From a virus (Duplodnaviria > Caudoviricetes), in IMG/VR virus record IMGVR_UViG_3300033565_000003, positions 1 to 55,170 of that record: a DNA stretch of 55,170 nt. The stretch is one strand, 5' to 3'. Each line of letters opens with the position of its first letter. The first letter of the stretch is position 1. Position numbers and translations under genes: made by a program. This document shows positions 1 through 9,975 of this stretch, in pieces. Below the pieces are notes generated by a model that was given only the letters and a program-made list of their open reading frames with translations, made no database searches and had not been told where the DNA came from.

Positions 1-123
1 TGTTGTCATTGTAAACCTGATATCATTATACTTGATAATAAAATTTATAATGGTAAACTAATAATACATCATGCATTTGATTGTAGAGAACTACAAGAAT
101 TGAATCCTCATATTAATAATTAA
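1..123 (+). CDS. 3' end of a small putative metal-binding phage protein (5'-truncated by the window)
   Basis: Frame 1 is open from base 1: CCHCKPDIIILDNKIYNGKLIIHHAFDCRELQELNPHINN*. The CxCxP...HH.FD.RE pattern suggests Cys/His metal ligands. TAA at 121-123. Confidence 0.55.
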   Translation, partial: CCHCKPDIIILDNKIYNGKLIIHHAFDCRELQELNPHINN

Positions 124-135
124 ACACTTAACGCT

Positions 136-387
136 ATGCAAAAACATAAAGTAATTACAACACCAACAGCAAATGTTCCACCTAAAGTAGAGCCTATTCC
201 TGTTAAAGCAAAAGAAGTGACTATTACATCAATAGATCAGATTGATAGTAATACACAAGTAGGCAAACTATTACTTGCTGCTATTGAGATTCTTGGTGAT
301 CGTTTATATGAAGGTAATAATTTACCAGTTATTACTAAACTTCAAAGTAAGGCGACACTGATGTTTCCTAGTGAATCAACTGAATAA
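136..387 (+). CDS. hypothetical protein (83 aa)
   Basis: ATG with A-rich upstream region, typical codon usage, stop 3 nt before terL. No recognisable motif. Confidence 0.65.
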   Translation: MQKHKVITTPTANVPPKVEPIPVKAKEVTITSIDQIDSNTQVGKLLLAAIEILGDRLYEGNNLPVITKLQSKATLMFPSESTE

Positions 388-390
388 TTT

Positions 391-2655
391 ATGAATTACG
401 GAGATTCACCATATGTAGCTGGACTTCATCCATTCATTGACTTTGTTCATGAGGATAAGTCCAGCTATCCTTTTGCATCTACTATTGATAAGATAGATGA
501 TGATAATGATTTTCTTATTGGTGAATCAGGTGGATTTCTAATGAATTGGAATTTCATTGGAATAGGTACTAAAGCATTTAGCGATGTAGCAGATAACTAT
601 CGTACTACAGGTATCTATTGTAGTTTCTATCCTAATACTATTGAATATAACGAATTCTGGACTAGAGAGACTAAACGTAGAAGAGAGGGTATGACTCTTA
701 ATTGTAAATTATACCACAAAGATATTGACGAATACTTTCATGAAACTACAACTGTTAAACGTCAACAAGAACTATTACATCCTTTACATATAACAGGTGA
801 CCATTATAATTATCTTAATTATAGTAGAATACTTAGATCACCACATCCAGATGAGAAAGCTAGACTTATAGCTATTAAAAGTAAGAAGAAGAAAATACAA
901 GATTTTCCTGATTATCGTGATGGTGATTATTGGAACTTTAAGATAGATGAATTTTGTTTTAATAATGGTTATCATTTAGCTAAGAGTAAAGCACGTCGTA
1001 AAGGATATTCATACAAACGTGGTAGTCAAGCTGCTAATACTGTTAATCTTAATACTGATATTACTGTTATATTAGGTGCTTATGATATTGATTATTTAAC
1101 TGAAAAAGGTGCTACTACTACCATGGTTAAGACTAATCTTGACTGGTATGAAAGGCAAACATATTGGCATAGAGGTTATATTAGCGAAGCAATGGAAGGT
1201 ATCCATTTAGGATACAGAGAGAGTAAAGGTGGTAATGCTAATATGGGTTGGAATAGTGCAGTTATTAGTTCATCACTTTATCAAAATCCATCTGCTCTTA
1301 TCGGTAAAGATGCTGTTGAAGTTGACATTGAAGAAGCAGGTAAGTGTCCTAATCTTCAAGAAGTACTTAATGTTACTTTATCAGGTACTGAAGCAGGTGA
1401 TGAATTATCTGGTATATTACGTATCTATGGTACAGGTGGTGCTAAAGATGCTGATTGGGCTGCTTTTAGTAATGCATTTTATTCTCCGGGTGCTAATGGT
1501 ATGTTACCACTAGAGAATGTTTGGGATCAAGATGCTAGACTTCAAGTATGTGGTTTCTTTCATCCACAGATACTTAACTATGAACCTTTCATGGATGAAC
1601 ATGGTAATAGCTATCTTGTTACTTCATGGTATATTGATGTTAAGAAAAAGAATGAAGCTAAAACAGTTAAAACACCACACGATTGGAATATCTATTGTGC
1701 ACAACGTGCTAACAGTCCAAGTGAAGCTTTCATTATTGGTAGCACTAATATATTCTCACATCCAGCTTTAACTGAACACTATAAAGATTTAGTAGTTAAT
1801 AAAAATACCATTAAGTGTCGTGATGGTATGATTGTTGATAGGAAAGGCGTACTTAGATTTCTTAGTAATGCTGAACTAGAATCAGAAGGTATTAAAACAC
1901 ATCCTTTTATTGAGAATGTACCAATTGAAAAGAATGACGATCCTATGGGGTGTATTCGTATGTTTGCACAACCCTTTAGGATAGGCAGTCAAATAGACGG
2001 TACTATACCTGATAATCTTTATGCTGTACTTATTGACCCTATGGGTAAAGATATTGAAGAAAAAGAAATAACTATTAAGCACTCACTTGTATCTATACAA
2101 GTTTGGATGTTGCCTAATACAATTGCTAATAGCATAGGTAATATACTTGTTGCATCTTACACAGGTAGGCCTGAGACACTTGAAGAAGGATCTAAAATAG
2201 CAATGTATCTTACTGAATATTATAATGCTCGATGTCTACCTGAAACTGACCGTGGAACAGTAGTAACTGATTTTAAACGTGAGGGTAAAAAGGAATATCT
2301 TATGCGTGATCCAATGCGTGTAGTTAAAGATGAAGCATGGTATAACATTCCTTATGGTACAAACATAGGCGGTGGTCCTAAAGCAGATGATGCTATTATA
2401 GCACTTAAAGATTTACTATTTACAAAAGTTAGTGTTAGAGAGAATGGTGAACCTGTTTATGTATTACACTATATACAAGACATTGGTTTTATAAAGGAGT
2501 TGTTAAAGTATAATAAAAAAGGTAACTTTGATAGAATTAGTGCGGCTCGACTATATCCTATGTTTAAACAAGCATATAATTATAAACAGATGCGAGCAGA
2601 AGTTGAAGAAGTAGGTGAGACACTTTTAGGTTCATTAAATCTTTATGGTAATTAA
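391..2655 (+). CDS. terL: terminase large subunit, crAss-like
   Basis: Walker A-like KSKARRKGYSYK, Walker B VDIEEAGK, coupling motif IYGTGG, RNase H-like nuclease LIDPMG and C-terminal KGNFDRISA. Lies immediately upstream of the portal gene. Confidence 0.95.
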   Translation: MNYGDSPYVAGLHPFIDFVHEDKSSYPFASTIDKIDDDNDFLIGESGGFLMNWNFIGIGTKAFSDVADNYRTTGIYCSFYPNTIEYNEFWTRETKRRREGMTLNCKLYHKDIDEYFHETTTVKRQQELLHPLHITGDHYNYLNYSRILRSPHPDEKARLIAIKSKKKKIQDFPDYRDGDYWNFKIDEFCFNNGYHLAKSKARRKGYSYKRGSQAANTVNLNTDITVILGAYDIDYLTEKGATTTMVKTNLDWYERQTYWHRGYISEAMEGIHLGYRESKGGNANMGWNSAVISSSLYQNPSALIGKDAVEVDIEEAGKCPNLQEVLNVTLSGTEAGDELSGILRIYGTGGAKDADWAAFSNAFYSPGANGMLPLENVWDQDARLQVCGFFHPQILNYEPFMDEHGNSYLVTSWYIDVKKKNEAKTVKTPHDWNIYCAQRANSPSEAFIIGSTNIFSHPALTEHYKDLVVNKNTIKCRDGMIVDRKGVLRFLSNAELESEGIKTHPFIENVPIEKNDDPMGCIRMFAQPFRIGSQIDGTIPDNLYAVLIDPMGKDIEEKEITIKHSLVSIQVWMLPNTIANSIGNILVASYTGRPETLEEGSKIAMYLTEYYNARCLPETDRGTVVTDFKREGKKEYLMRDPMRVVKDEAWYNIPYGTNIGGGPKADDAIIALKDLLFTKVSVRENGEPVYVLHYIQDIGFIKELLKYNKKGNFDRISAARLYPMFKQAYNYKQMRAEVEEVGETLLGSLNLYGN

Positions 2656-2658
2656 GCT

Positions 2659-4833
2659 ATGGCAACACAACCAGATTACAAAGTAACTGATGCAGTTAAA
2701 CAAACTAAGGATTGGTATATCAATGCTGTAGATTGGTTAATAGCTAAAGCAATTAGTAGTAATAATAAAGCTGCTACAGCTGATGCTATTAGAGTTGCTA
2801 ATGGTGATATTGATACTGCTAGTTTTAAGAAAGTAATGCAACCTTTTGGTAATGCACCTGAAGAAGTTAAAAATCTACCTGGAACTATACGTGCAGTAGA
2901 TTTTATTACACCTGTTAGAGAAAAGAATATGGGAGAATATATATCACTCCCATATAATTATTTTGTGACAGTTGAAAATCCTGATGTAGCAATGCGACGT
3001 GATGCACAAGTTGCTGAAGATGTATTCAAACAATTACAAGAAGAACTTGTTAAGTTTGTTGAATCACTACAACAAGGACAAGCACCACAACAGATTGACC
3101 CTAAAGTTATTAAAGATAAAGTTGATAAACTTAAACAACAATTATTTGATGATGAAGTTATTAACGCTCAACACGTACTTGATTTTATCAATGAGTTTAA
3201 TGATTTTGATTTCTTTCGTATTAATGCTTTTAGTGATTGGTGGATGACACAAGAAGTATATACTTATAGATATATACAGAATGGTGAATTATATAAAGAA
3301 TTACTTGATGTAGTGCATTGTTATCCACTTGTTAATAATAGTCAATTTGGTGAAGATTGGGATGGATTTGTATATAAACAACGTATAACATTTCAAGAGT
3401 TTGAACAGCAATATGCTGATAGACTTACTAAAGAAGAATACAATTATCTTAAGTCTTTTAATTATAATGCTCATACAGGTGTTTATACAGTACCTGTTAA
3501 CATTCTTTATGAGCGTGGTAATATGGATGGTATTACATATAAGACTGATGATCAACATCAATTTGCTATTGGTAGTGAAAGTATGGATCTTTGGCGTGTA
3601 TGGTTTGTAGCACCTTCACCAGTATATGAACTTAAATATGCTGATGATATGGGTAGAGTTCAAACTATGCATGTTGATAGTAAATATGAATTAAATCCTG
3701 ATAATGGTGATATTGAGATTAATCGTATTTGGATACCTAAAGTATATCAATGTGAACGATTTGGTGGTGAGCATTCAGGTATATATACTAAACCTGAAGC
3801 TTGTACTGTTCAACGTTACGATAAGAAATCTAATAAAGTAAAGATGCCAGTTAATGGTAAGAAAGGTTTACTTCGTGGACTACCTCTTAATCCCATACCA
3901 CTTCGTTTAAAAGACTATGCAATTGTTGATAGATTATTACTTTTATCTATTGAACGTGCTATTGCTAAGTTTAGACCTGACTTACTTATTATACCACAAG
4001 TTGTATTAAATGCCGATAAAGCTGGTACCCCACAACAGAAGTATCAACATATGATGGCTGATGATACACTTGTTTATGATAATACTAAGATTACTGATAT
4101 TAATTTGTTAACTAATGGACTCCGTGCTATTGGTCGTACTAATATTGCTGATTATATTCAAACGCTTGATAATTTACGTACTCGTAATAGAATGGAAGCG
4201 ATGGATGTAGCTAATATGAATCAAGAACGATTAGGTAATGCACCTCAAGGTCAAACAGCTACAAGCGCACAGAATAATCTTGCTTATGCTAAACTTGGTA
4301 GTATACTCATGATTACAGTTTTTAATAAGTTTCTTGAGAAAGAACATATGGCTGATCTTGAGTTTAGTAAGTTTGCATATATCAATGGTAAAAAAGGTAC
4401 TTATTTTGATAGGAAAACTGAATCTTATATTGAGATAGATATTGATCCTGAACAATTATATTATGATAAACATAGTATAGCTGTTAGTAATGCAGAAACT
4501 GATAAAGAAATTATGAATGAGTTTCGTAAGATGGGTTTTGCATCAGGTCAAAATGGTGAGTGGGATGTTGCTAGCATTGCTATTACAGGTACTACACCTA
4601 AAGAGATTGCTCGTACTCTTAGTGATTTATCGGAAGCTAAACGTCAGTTTGATCAGTCAATGAAAGAACAAGAAGTTGCTCAACTTACTCGTAAGAATGA
4701 TTTGATTGAGAAACAATTACAACTTGCTGAGAAGAAAGAAGTAGAAGAAAATGCTACTGATATTCAAGTTGCTCAGATTAACGCTGGTAGTAAAGTTCAA
4801 GTTGCTAGTATGACGCCTAATAGAACTGAATAA
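2659..4833 (+). CDS. portal protein, crAss-like
   Basis: 724 aa, largely helical with a coiled-coil C-terminus. DFITPVREKNMGEY and NQERLG segments resemble crAss portals. Sits between terL and the capsid genes. Confidence 0.88.
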   Translation: MATQPDYKVTDAVKQTKDWYINAVDWLIAKAISSNNKAATADAIRVANGDIDTASFKKVMQPFGNAPEEVKNLPGTIRAVDFITPVREKNMGEYISLPYNYFVTVENPDVAMRRDAQVAEDVFKQLQEELVKFVESLQQGQAPQQIDPKVIKDKVDKLKQQLFDDEVINAQHVLDFINEFNDFDFFRINAFSDWWMTQEVYTYRYIQNGELYKELLDVVHCYPLVNNSQFGEDWDGFVYKQRITFQEFEQQYADRLTKEEYNYLKSFNYNAHTGVYTVPVNILYERGNMDGITYKTDDQHQFAIGSESMDLWRVWFVAPSPVYELKYADDMGRVQTMHVDSKYELNPDNGDIEINRIWIPKVYQCERFGGEHSGIYTKPEACTVQRYDKKSNKVKMPVNGKKGLLRGLPLNPIPLRLKDYAIVDRLLLLSIERAIAKFRPDLLIIPQVVLNADKAGTPQQKYQHMMADDTLVYDNTKITDINLLTNGLRAIGRTNIADYIQTLDNLRTRNRMEAMDVANMNQERLGNAPQGQTATSAQNNLAYAKLGSILMITVFNKFLEKEHMADLEFSKFAYINGKKGTYFDRKTESYIEIDIDPEQLYYDKHSIAVSNAETDKEIMNEFRKMGFASGQNGEWDVASIAITGTTPKEIARTLSDLSEAKRQFDQSMKEQEVAQLTRKNDLIEKQLQLAEKKEVEENATDIQVAQINAGSKVQVASMTPNRTE

Positions 4834-4852
4834 TTTAACAATATATTAGGTT

Positions 4853-4910
4853 TACCTTTATATAGATAACGACAAATAGGCTTGTAAAATCAATATAATG
4901 ACTACCTTTA
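4853..4910 (+). promoter_or_regulatory. putative Bacteroidota-type promoter upstream of the scaffold/capsid operon
   Basis: TTG (4882-4884), 18 nt spacer, TACCTTTA (4903-4910), one mismatch from the -7 consensus TAnnTTTG. A second TACCTTTA lies at 4853-4860 in the same 129-nt intergenic gap. Confidence 0.45.
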
Positions 4911-4962
4911 ACACTTAATGTTAATAACAGATAAATACTAACTGATTAACTAATAACTAATA

Positions 4963-6225
4963 ATGATGGATACGAAACTTAAATTAACGCTTCCTGTTGG
5001 TGAGAATGGCATTATTGAGCCAGTAGTTACACCTGCACTTACACCTGAACAAATTGAAGCTAAACGTGTAGCTGATGAAGCGGCTGCTGAAGCGGCTAGA
5101 CTTGCTGCTAAAGGTACTCCACCTGCTAACCCACCTGCTGACCCACCTGCTGACCCACCTGCTGACGTTACAGTAGAGCAAGTTGATCTTGATGGTGTTC
5201 TTTATAATTTAAATGAACAAGGTGATGCGCTTGATAAAGATGGTAAAGTTCATCTAACTAAAGCACAACTTGATGCACTTGATACCACACCTCCTTCTAC
5301 TGACGAAGATCCTTTTGAAATTGTTCAAACTATATTAGAATTTAAACCTGTTGTTAATGGTGAACCAGTTGTTTATACAAAAGATAAAGCTGGTTTAGAA
5401 CAATTAACACTTGACGCTGCTACAGCAAAAGCTGAAATTATAGCTGAAACTATTATTGATGAATATTGGAATTCAAGACCAGCTTTAAAACAATTACGTG
5501 ATCATATTGAATTAGGCGGTACACCACAGAATTTCACTACTCAACCTGATTGGAAAACTATTGATATTGCAGTATTAACTGATGAACAACTTGAACAAAT
5601 AGTTTTAACTGAACGTACAAGTAAAGGTGATTCACCTGAAATAGCTAAGTATTATATTGATGGTCTTAAGAAAGATGGTAAACTTAAAGAGTTTGCTCCA
5701 CAATCACTTACCTATTTAGCTACTCTTCAAGCAAACAGAGAAGCACAAGCAGCAACTATTCGCAAACAACAAGCAGAGAAACAAAAAGCTGATGATTTAG
5801 CTTATTGGACTGATGTTAAAAATGCTCTTACAACTAAGAAATTAAAAATTAAAGGTGAAGACTTTGTAATACCTACTTCATTTAAAGTAAAAGAAGGTGA
5901 TGGTAAGATTGTTGTTAAAACCATAACTGACTTTGAAAACTATATTAACAAAGAACAAGTTTTTACACTTGATGGTAAGCAAGTACGTTGTACACAAAAC
6001 GTGTATGATCTTGAAATGGAGAGACGTGCTACTAATGCTCATGTTGATTTATTTAATGCCTTACGTCGATTCCTCAAAGATGATGATAGCCAATTAGTAA
6101 CTGCTAAAGCTAGATTTGAAGAGGTTAAGAAAGTACGTAAAATTGTTACTACCACTGGTGGAAAATCAGGTGCCACACCAGGTGGACCACTAAAATTAAT
6201 TCTTCCTGTTAAATCCAATTCTTAA
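4963..6225 (+). CDS. conserved crAss capsid-module protein, probable scaffolding protein
   Basis: Directly upstream of the major capsid gene. Acidic, Pro/Ala-rich disordered N-terminus followed by helical and coiled-coil regions. Confidence 0.65.
   Translation: MMDTKLKLTLPVGENGIIEPVVTPALTPEQIEAKRVADEAAAEAARLAAKGTPPANPPADPPADPPADVTVEQVDLDGVLYNLNEQGDALDKDGKVHLTKAQLDALDTTPPSTDEDPFEIVQTILEFKPVVNGEPVVYTKDKAGLEQLTLDAATAKAEIIAETIIDEYWNSRPALKQLRDHIELGGTPQNFTTQPDWKTIDIAVLTDEQLEQIVLTERTSKGDSPEIAKYYIDGLKKDGKLKEFAPQSLTYLATLQANREAQAATIRKQQAEKQKADDLAYWTDVKNALTTKKLKIKGEDFVIPTSFKVKEGDGKIVVKTITDFENYINKEQVFTLDGKQVRCTQNVYDLEMERRATNAHVDLFNALRRFLKDDDSQLVTAKARFEEVKKVRKIVTTTGGKSGATPGGPLKLILPVKSNS
5119..5166 (+). 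repeat. 12-bp tandem repeat x4 (CCACCTGCT[A/G]AC) encoding PPAN-PPAD-PPAD-PPAD
   Basis: Read directly from the sequence. In-frame coding repeat. Confidence 0.95.
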
Positions 6226-6243
6226 TCTTAATCTAAACTCGTT

Positions 6244-7725
6244 ATGAGAGAATTATCAACAACTCAATTTATAGCAAGTCAGCATACTGATGTTAATTTG
6301 CTGTATCGTAATGGTCTGATTACACCTGTTGAACTTAAAAAGAATCTAACATACTTGTATGGTCGTGATTCTGATATGTTTCCACTTCTGACTATGACAG
6401 AAGGTAATGGTGCTATTGTCAGTAAAAAACCATTAAAGCTTAATGATACCCAGTACACATGGAAAGTATTTGGTCGTACCAAACACACATCTAAAGTTGT
6501 ACGTCTTCAGTATGCTAGTGCCAATCCTGGACAAGGTCGTGTTAAAATGCACATTGTATTTGAAGACAATCTTATTCACGTACAGTATTCAGCACGTACT
6601 CCTGATGGTCTTAACCGCGTTCGTATTCAAACCGAGGGTCGTAAGATTGGAACTAATGAATGGTTGTATGAAGCAGTTTTGATGACTGGTGATGAAACCA
6701 CATTTATTTCTAATGACAACTTCTTGCAAGGTAAGAGTTGGACTTATGGACCTACATCCGTATCTGCTACCAAATCAGATGGTACACACAGTAACTCTAT
6801 GGTTCCTGGAGAGTGGACTAATCAGTTTGGTTTTCAACGTTACAGTAAAGAAATCACAGGTAATATTGCTAACAAAGTAGTTAACATTCAATTGGACGCT
6901 GTTGATGGTAATGGTAATACTGTTACTACTGATATGTGGATGCCTTTTGAAATGGCTATGTTTGAACGTGATATGCGTTTAATGCTTGAAACTGATTTGT
7001 GGGAATCTGAATATAACAGAGATCAGTATGGTGTTATTCACCTTATCGATCCTGTATCAAATGAAGTTGTGCCACAAGGTGCCGGTATCAAACAAGCGTT
7101 GAAAGTTGTAGGTAACTACGATACTTATTCAACACTTACTCGTAGCAAGTTTGATAATACCATTAAATCAGTATTTGGAAATCGTGTTGACGATACTCCT
7201 ATGGAACTGGTTATCTATACCGGTCGCGGTGGAGCAGAAGCTTTCCATACTGCTATTATGAATGATGCTATTCTCAATCAGTATTTTACACCTGTTGGTG
7301 AAAAAGTTGTTGGTGGAAATGGTTTCCTTACATATGGTAAATATTTCAATCAGTATACCACTATTGATGGTAAAGTATTAACTATTAAAGTTAGTAACTA
7401 TTTCGATCATGGTTTGATTGCTGAAGGACAACGCGCTAACGGTCAAATGTTTGGTTCATATCCTTGGGAATCATATACAATGATTTGTCTTGATCATAGC
7501 CGTACTAATGATGGTGGTCGTAACATCACATTGGTTGCTGAAGATGGTCGTGAATATATCACTGGTGTATTTAAAGGTCTTACTCCTTTACCAGGTTCAT
7601 GGGGAGCTATCCCTGATGGTCTCTTATCTACTACTAAAGATGAGGCTAAGTATGAAGTAATGATCAGTCAGGGTATTAGTTTTACCAACCCTACTACATC
7701 ATTTATGCTTACATTCGAACCGTAA
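6244..7725 (+). CDS. major capsid protein (HK97 fold, crAss-like)
   Basis: 493 aa. LTYLYGRDSDMFPLLTMTEGNG, YTWKVFGR, VIYTGRGG and KVSNYFDHG match crAss-like capsid motifs. More C-ending codons than neighbours, consistent with high expression. Confidence 0.92.
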   Translation: MRELSTTQFIASQHTDVNLLYRNGLITPVELKKNLTYLYGRDSDMFPLLTMTEGNGAIVSKKPLKLNDTQYTWKVFGRTKHTSKVVRLQYASANPGQGRVKMHIVFEDNLIHVQYSARTPDGLNRVRIQTEGRKIGTNEWLYEAVLMTGDETTFISNDNFLQGKSWTYGPTSVSATKSDGTHSNSMVPGEWTNQFGFQRYSKEITGNIANKVVNIQLDAVDGNGNTVTTDMWMPFEMAMFERDMRLMLETDLWESEYNRDQYGVIHLIDPVSNEVVPQGAGIKQALKVVGNYDTYSTLTRSKFDNTIKSVFGNRVDDTPMELVIYTGRGGAEAFHTAIMNDAILNQYFTPVGEKVVGGNGFLTYGKYFNQYTTIDGKVLTIKVSNYFDHGLIAEGQRANGQMFGSYPWESYTMICLDHSRTNDGGRNITLVAEDGREYITGVFKGLTPLPGSWGAIPDGLLSTTKDEAKYEVMISQGISFTNPTTSFMLTFEP

Positions 7726-7780
7726 GCTACTGAACAAGATTATCATAAAAGAAATACTAACTTACTTAATCAATATTACA

Positions 7781-8875
7781 ATGATACAAAGAAATAAGAA
7801 AATACAAATCATGTGGCGTGACACATCTGACTACTTCGAAAAGAAGAATGCAGATGTGATTAATCAAATCGTAAGAACACGTCCACTTGGTAGTAGTAAA
7901 AGTTCTATTAATGCTATGCTTCGTCAAACAGAAGAAATGAAAGCATTAATGCCTTTTATACTTGGTCAAGGTCATTCAGGAGGACAGGATCAGAGTTTTG
8001 CAAGTGCTGTTGCAAATTATTGGAATAGCTTATCATATCGTGTTAAATTTCCTAGTGATGATTGGGAAATCGGTATGGTATTCGATGCACAAGACTCTGA
8101 TCCTCTTCGTAAAGAGTATATTACAGCACTTGCTGTTTCAATGAATAAGGTGAAAGTTAAAGCGGCTAAAGCAGCGGCTAAAGCAGATCCTAAAGCTGAA
8201 ACAGAAGAAGAAGTTGAAGTTACTATTACCGACGAAGAACTTGCTGACTACGTAATGGGTTTTGATAAAGATGGAAAACCTAATGTACCTGTTGAACATA
8301 TGTTTAGATATGGTACACCTATTGATCACGCACAGTTTCTATTGTGGCAATACTCACTCAATCATGGTCTAGTTGCTAACACTAAAGCACTACTTAAGAA
8401 TTCTACTAAAATGGAGTTCTATCTGATTGATGAAGCTATTGCTAAGAAAGAACGCGAATCACTACATCAAATTAAGAATAAGGCACGTCGTGCTTATCTT
8501 GAAACTATTCAGAAACCTGAATTAGTTATTGATGTACTTGCTGTGCTTAAACGGTCAATTCCATACGATACTCCTGAAGATGAAGAAAAGATGGTTAGAG
8601 AAGAACTTCTCGAAACTGTTATGAATGAAACACCACAGGAGTTTATCAATACTCTTAATCATCCTAATCTTACTACTCTTGCTAAAATTGAGCGGTATAT
8701 TACGAATGGTATTTTACGTAGACTTGACAATTCTAATATCATTGTTGATGGGACAAACCCAGAAATCGTTATTGGAAATGATACAGCTGAACACTTAGCA
8801 TGGTTCGCTAACAACATTAATAAAAATAGTGTTGCTGAGTATGCTGCAAAATACAAATTAATATTAACAAACTAA
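7781..8875 (+). CDS. conserved crAss capsid-module protein (gene following the major capsid gene)
   Basis: Synteny after the capsid gene. LGSSKSSI, EEMKALMP and YWNSLS segments resemble this crAss family. Contains an Ala/Lys/Glu low-complexity insert. Confidence 0.6.
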   Translation: MIQRNKKIQIMWRDTSDYFEKKNADVINQIVRTRPLGSSKSSINAMLRQTEEMKALMPFILGQGHSGGQDQSFASAVANYWNSLSYRVKFPSDDWEIGMVFDAQDSDPLRKEYITALAVSMNKVKVKAAKAAAKADPKAETEEEVEVTITDEELADYVMGFDKDGKPNVPVEHMFRYGTPIDHAQFLLWQYSLNHGLVANTKALLKNSTKMEFYLIDEAIAKKERESLHQIKNKARRAYLETIQKPELVIDVLAVLKRSIPYDTPEDEEKMVREELLETVMNETPQEFINTLNHPNLTTLAKIERYITNGILRRLDNSNIIVDGTNPEIVIGNDTAEHLAWFANNINKNSVAEYAAKYKLILTN

Positions 8876-8887
8876 TTTAATTAAACA

Positions 8888-9919
8888 ATGGAAAAACTTA
8901 TCGTAGTTAAAAGCGGTGTAGCATATGGATACGATGGAGGTTCAGGAACCACTATTGCTAACCGTGCTGATATAAACACTGGTACTAATAACCTTGCTGA
9001 TGGTGCTTTAGCTTTGTTTGGAGAAGATGGAACTCTTCTATTAGCCAATACAGCTACAACAGCCTATAATGAAGTGGATATCTTTGAGGGTAGGACTGCA
9101 GGTGGTCCAATCTTTCATGGTACACTTTATCCTCGTGAATTTAAAGTTATTAAGTCTACATATGCTGCTTCTGCCGTTAAAATTGCTGCTCTTGGTAGTA
9201 ATGCTGCTGAAGGTACCACTTATGGACTTAACTTCCCAAGTACACTTGTTGTAGGTTCTACTGCCGGTATTCAAATCATTGACAAATCCAAACGTCATGA
9301 TGACAATTCAAGGCTTAAAATTTATGATACACAAGTACGTACTGGTGATACTGCTACAGCTGTATTTACACGTATACTTGCTAAAATCACTGCTGATACT
9401 AAAAAATGTATTGCTAGCGTTGCTGGTCTTACTACAAGTTCAGTGTCATGTGGCGCATTATTTACAGGTAAAACGCTTGTAGATTTTAGCGTATCAGGTA
9501 CAGGTATCCTTGCTAATGCTGATCAACTTGAGTATAAAGATATTGTTTATGCTGGTACAGTTGGTGTTACTAAAGGATATGCAAGTGGTCTTACTGCAGG
9601 ACTTCAAGCATTTACCACAGGTAAAAATACAACAGTTCAGATGATTGAAGCTGAAAAAGATGCTGCTCCTGGTTATGGTAGCATTGGTGGTGTTGATACT
9701 ATACGTAATAACAGTTTGTACACACTTCCTACACGTCTTGAAGCTGGTATCAATTATCTTGTATATGAGCTTTCATGTAAATCACCTAATAATATGGGTG
9801 GCTTGATTGAAGCTGATAACTTTACTAACACTTATCAATTAGCAGTTGATGCTGATGATAGTGCTATCATTACCATACTTGATGCGATATTCGCAATCAT
9901 GGTTGCTCAATCATACTAA
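8888..9919 (+). CDS. putative auxiliary capsid (decoration) protein
   Basis: Ala/Gly/Thr-rich 343-aa beta-type protein with capsid-like codon usage, two genes after the capsid gene and followed by a terminator-like hairpin. Confidence 0.5.
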   Translation: MEKLIVVKSGVAYGYDGGSGTTIANRADINTGTNNLADGALALFGEDGTLLLANTATTAYNEVDIFEGRTAGGPIFHGTLYPREFKVIKSTYAASAVKIAALGSNAAEGTTYGLNFPSTLVVGSTAGIQIIDKSKRHDDNSRLKIYDTQVRTGDTATAVFTRILAKITADTKKCIASVAGLTTSSVSCGALFTGKTLVDFSVSGTGILANADQLEYKDIVYAGTVGVTKGYASGLTAGLQAFTTGKNTTVQMIEAEKDAAPGYGSIGGVDTIRNNSLYTLPTRLEAGINYLVYELSCKSPNNMGGLIEADNFTNTYQLAVDADDSAIITILDAIFAIMVAQSY

Positions 9920-9935
9920 TTCTAGTCTTGTAATC

Positions 9936-9963
9936 AGTAGCCACTCTTAATTGGGTGGCTACT
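9936..9963 (+). terminator. stem-loop ending the capsid operon (weak U-tract)
   Basis: AGTAGCCACTC-TTAATT-GGGTGGCTACT, an 11-bp stem with one G-U pair, followed by AATACTT. Confidence 0.65.
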
Positions 9964-9975
9964 AATACTTGTGAT

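Noticed and set aside
4984-5181. Minus-strand ORF with VSRW repeats, or a CRISPR-like array
   Set aside because: It is the antisense reading of the 12-bp PPAD coding repeat. There are no spacers.
9955-9975. GTG start for the ring protein as given in the ORF track
   Set aside because: It lies within the hairpin stem. ATG 9976 gives a family-like N-terminus.
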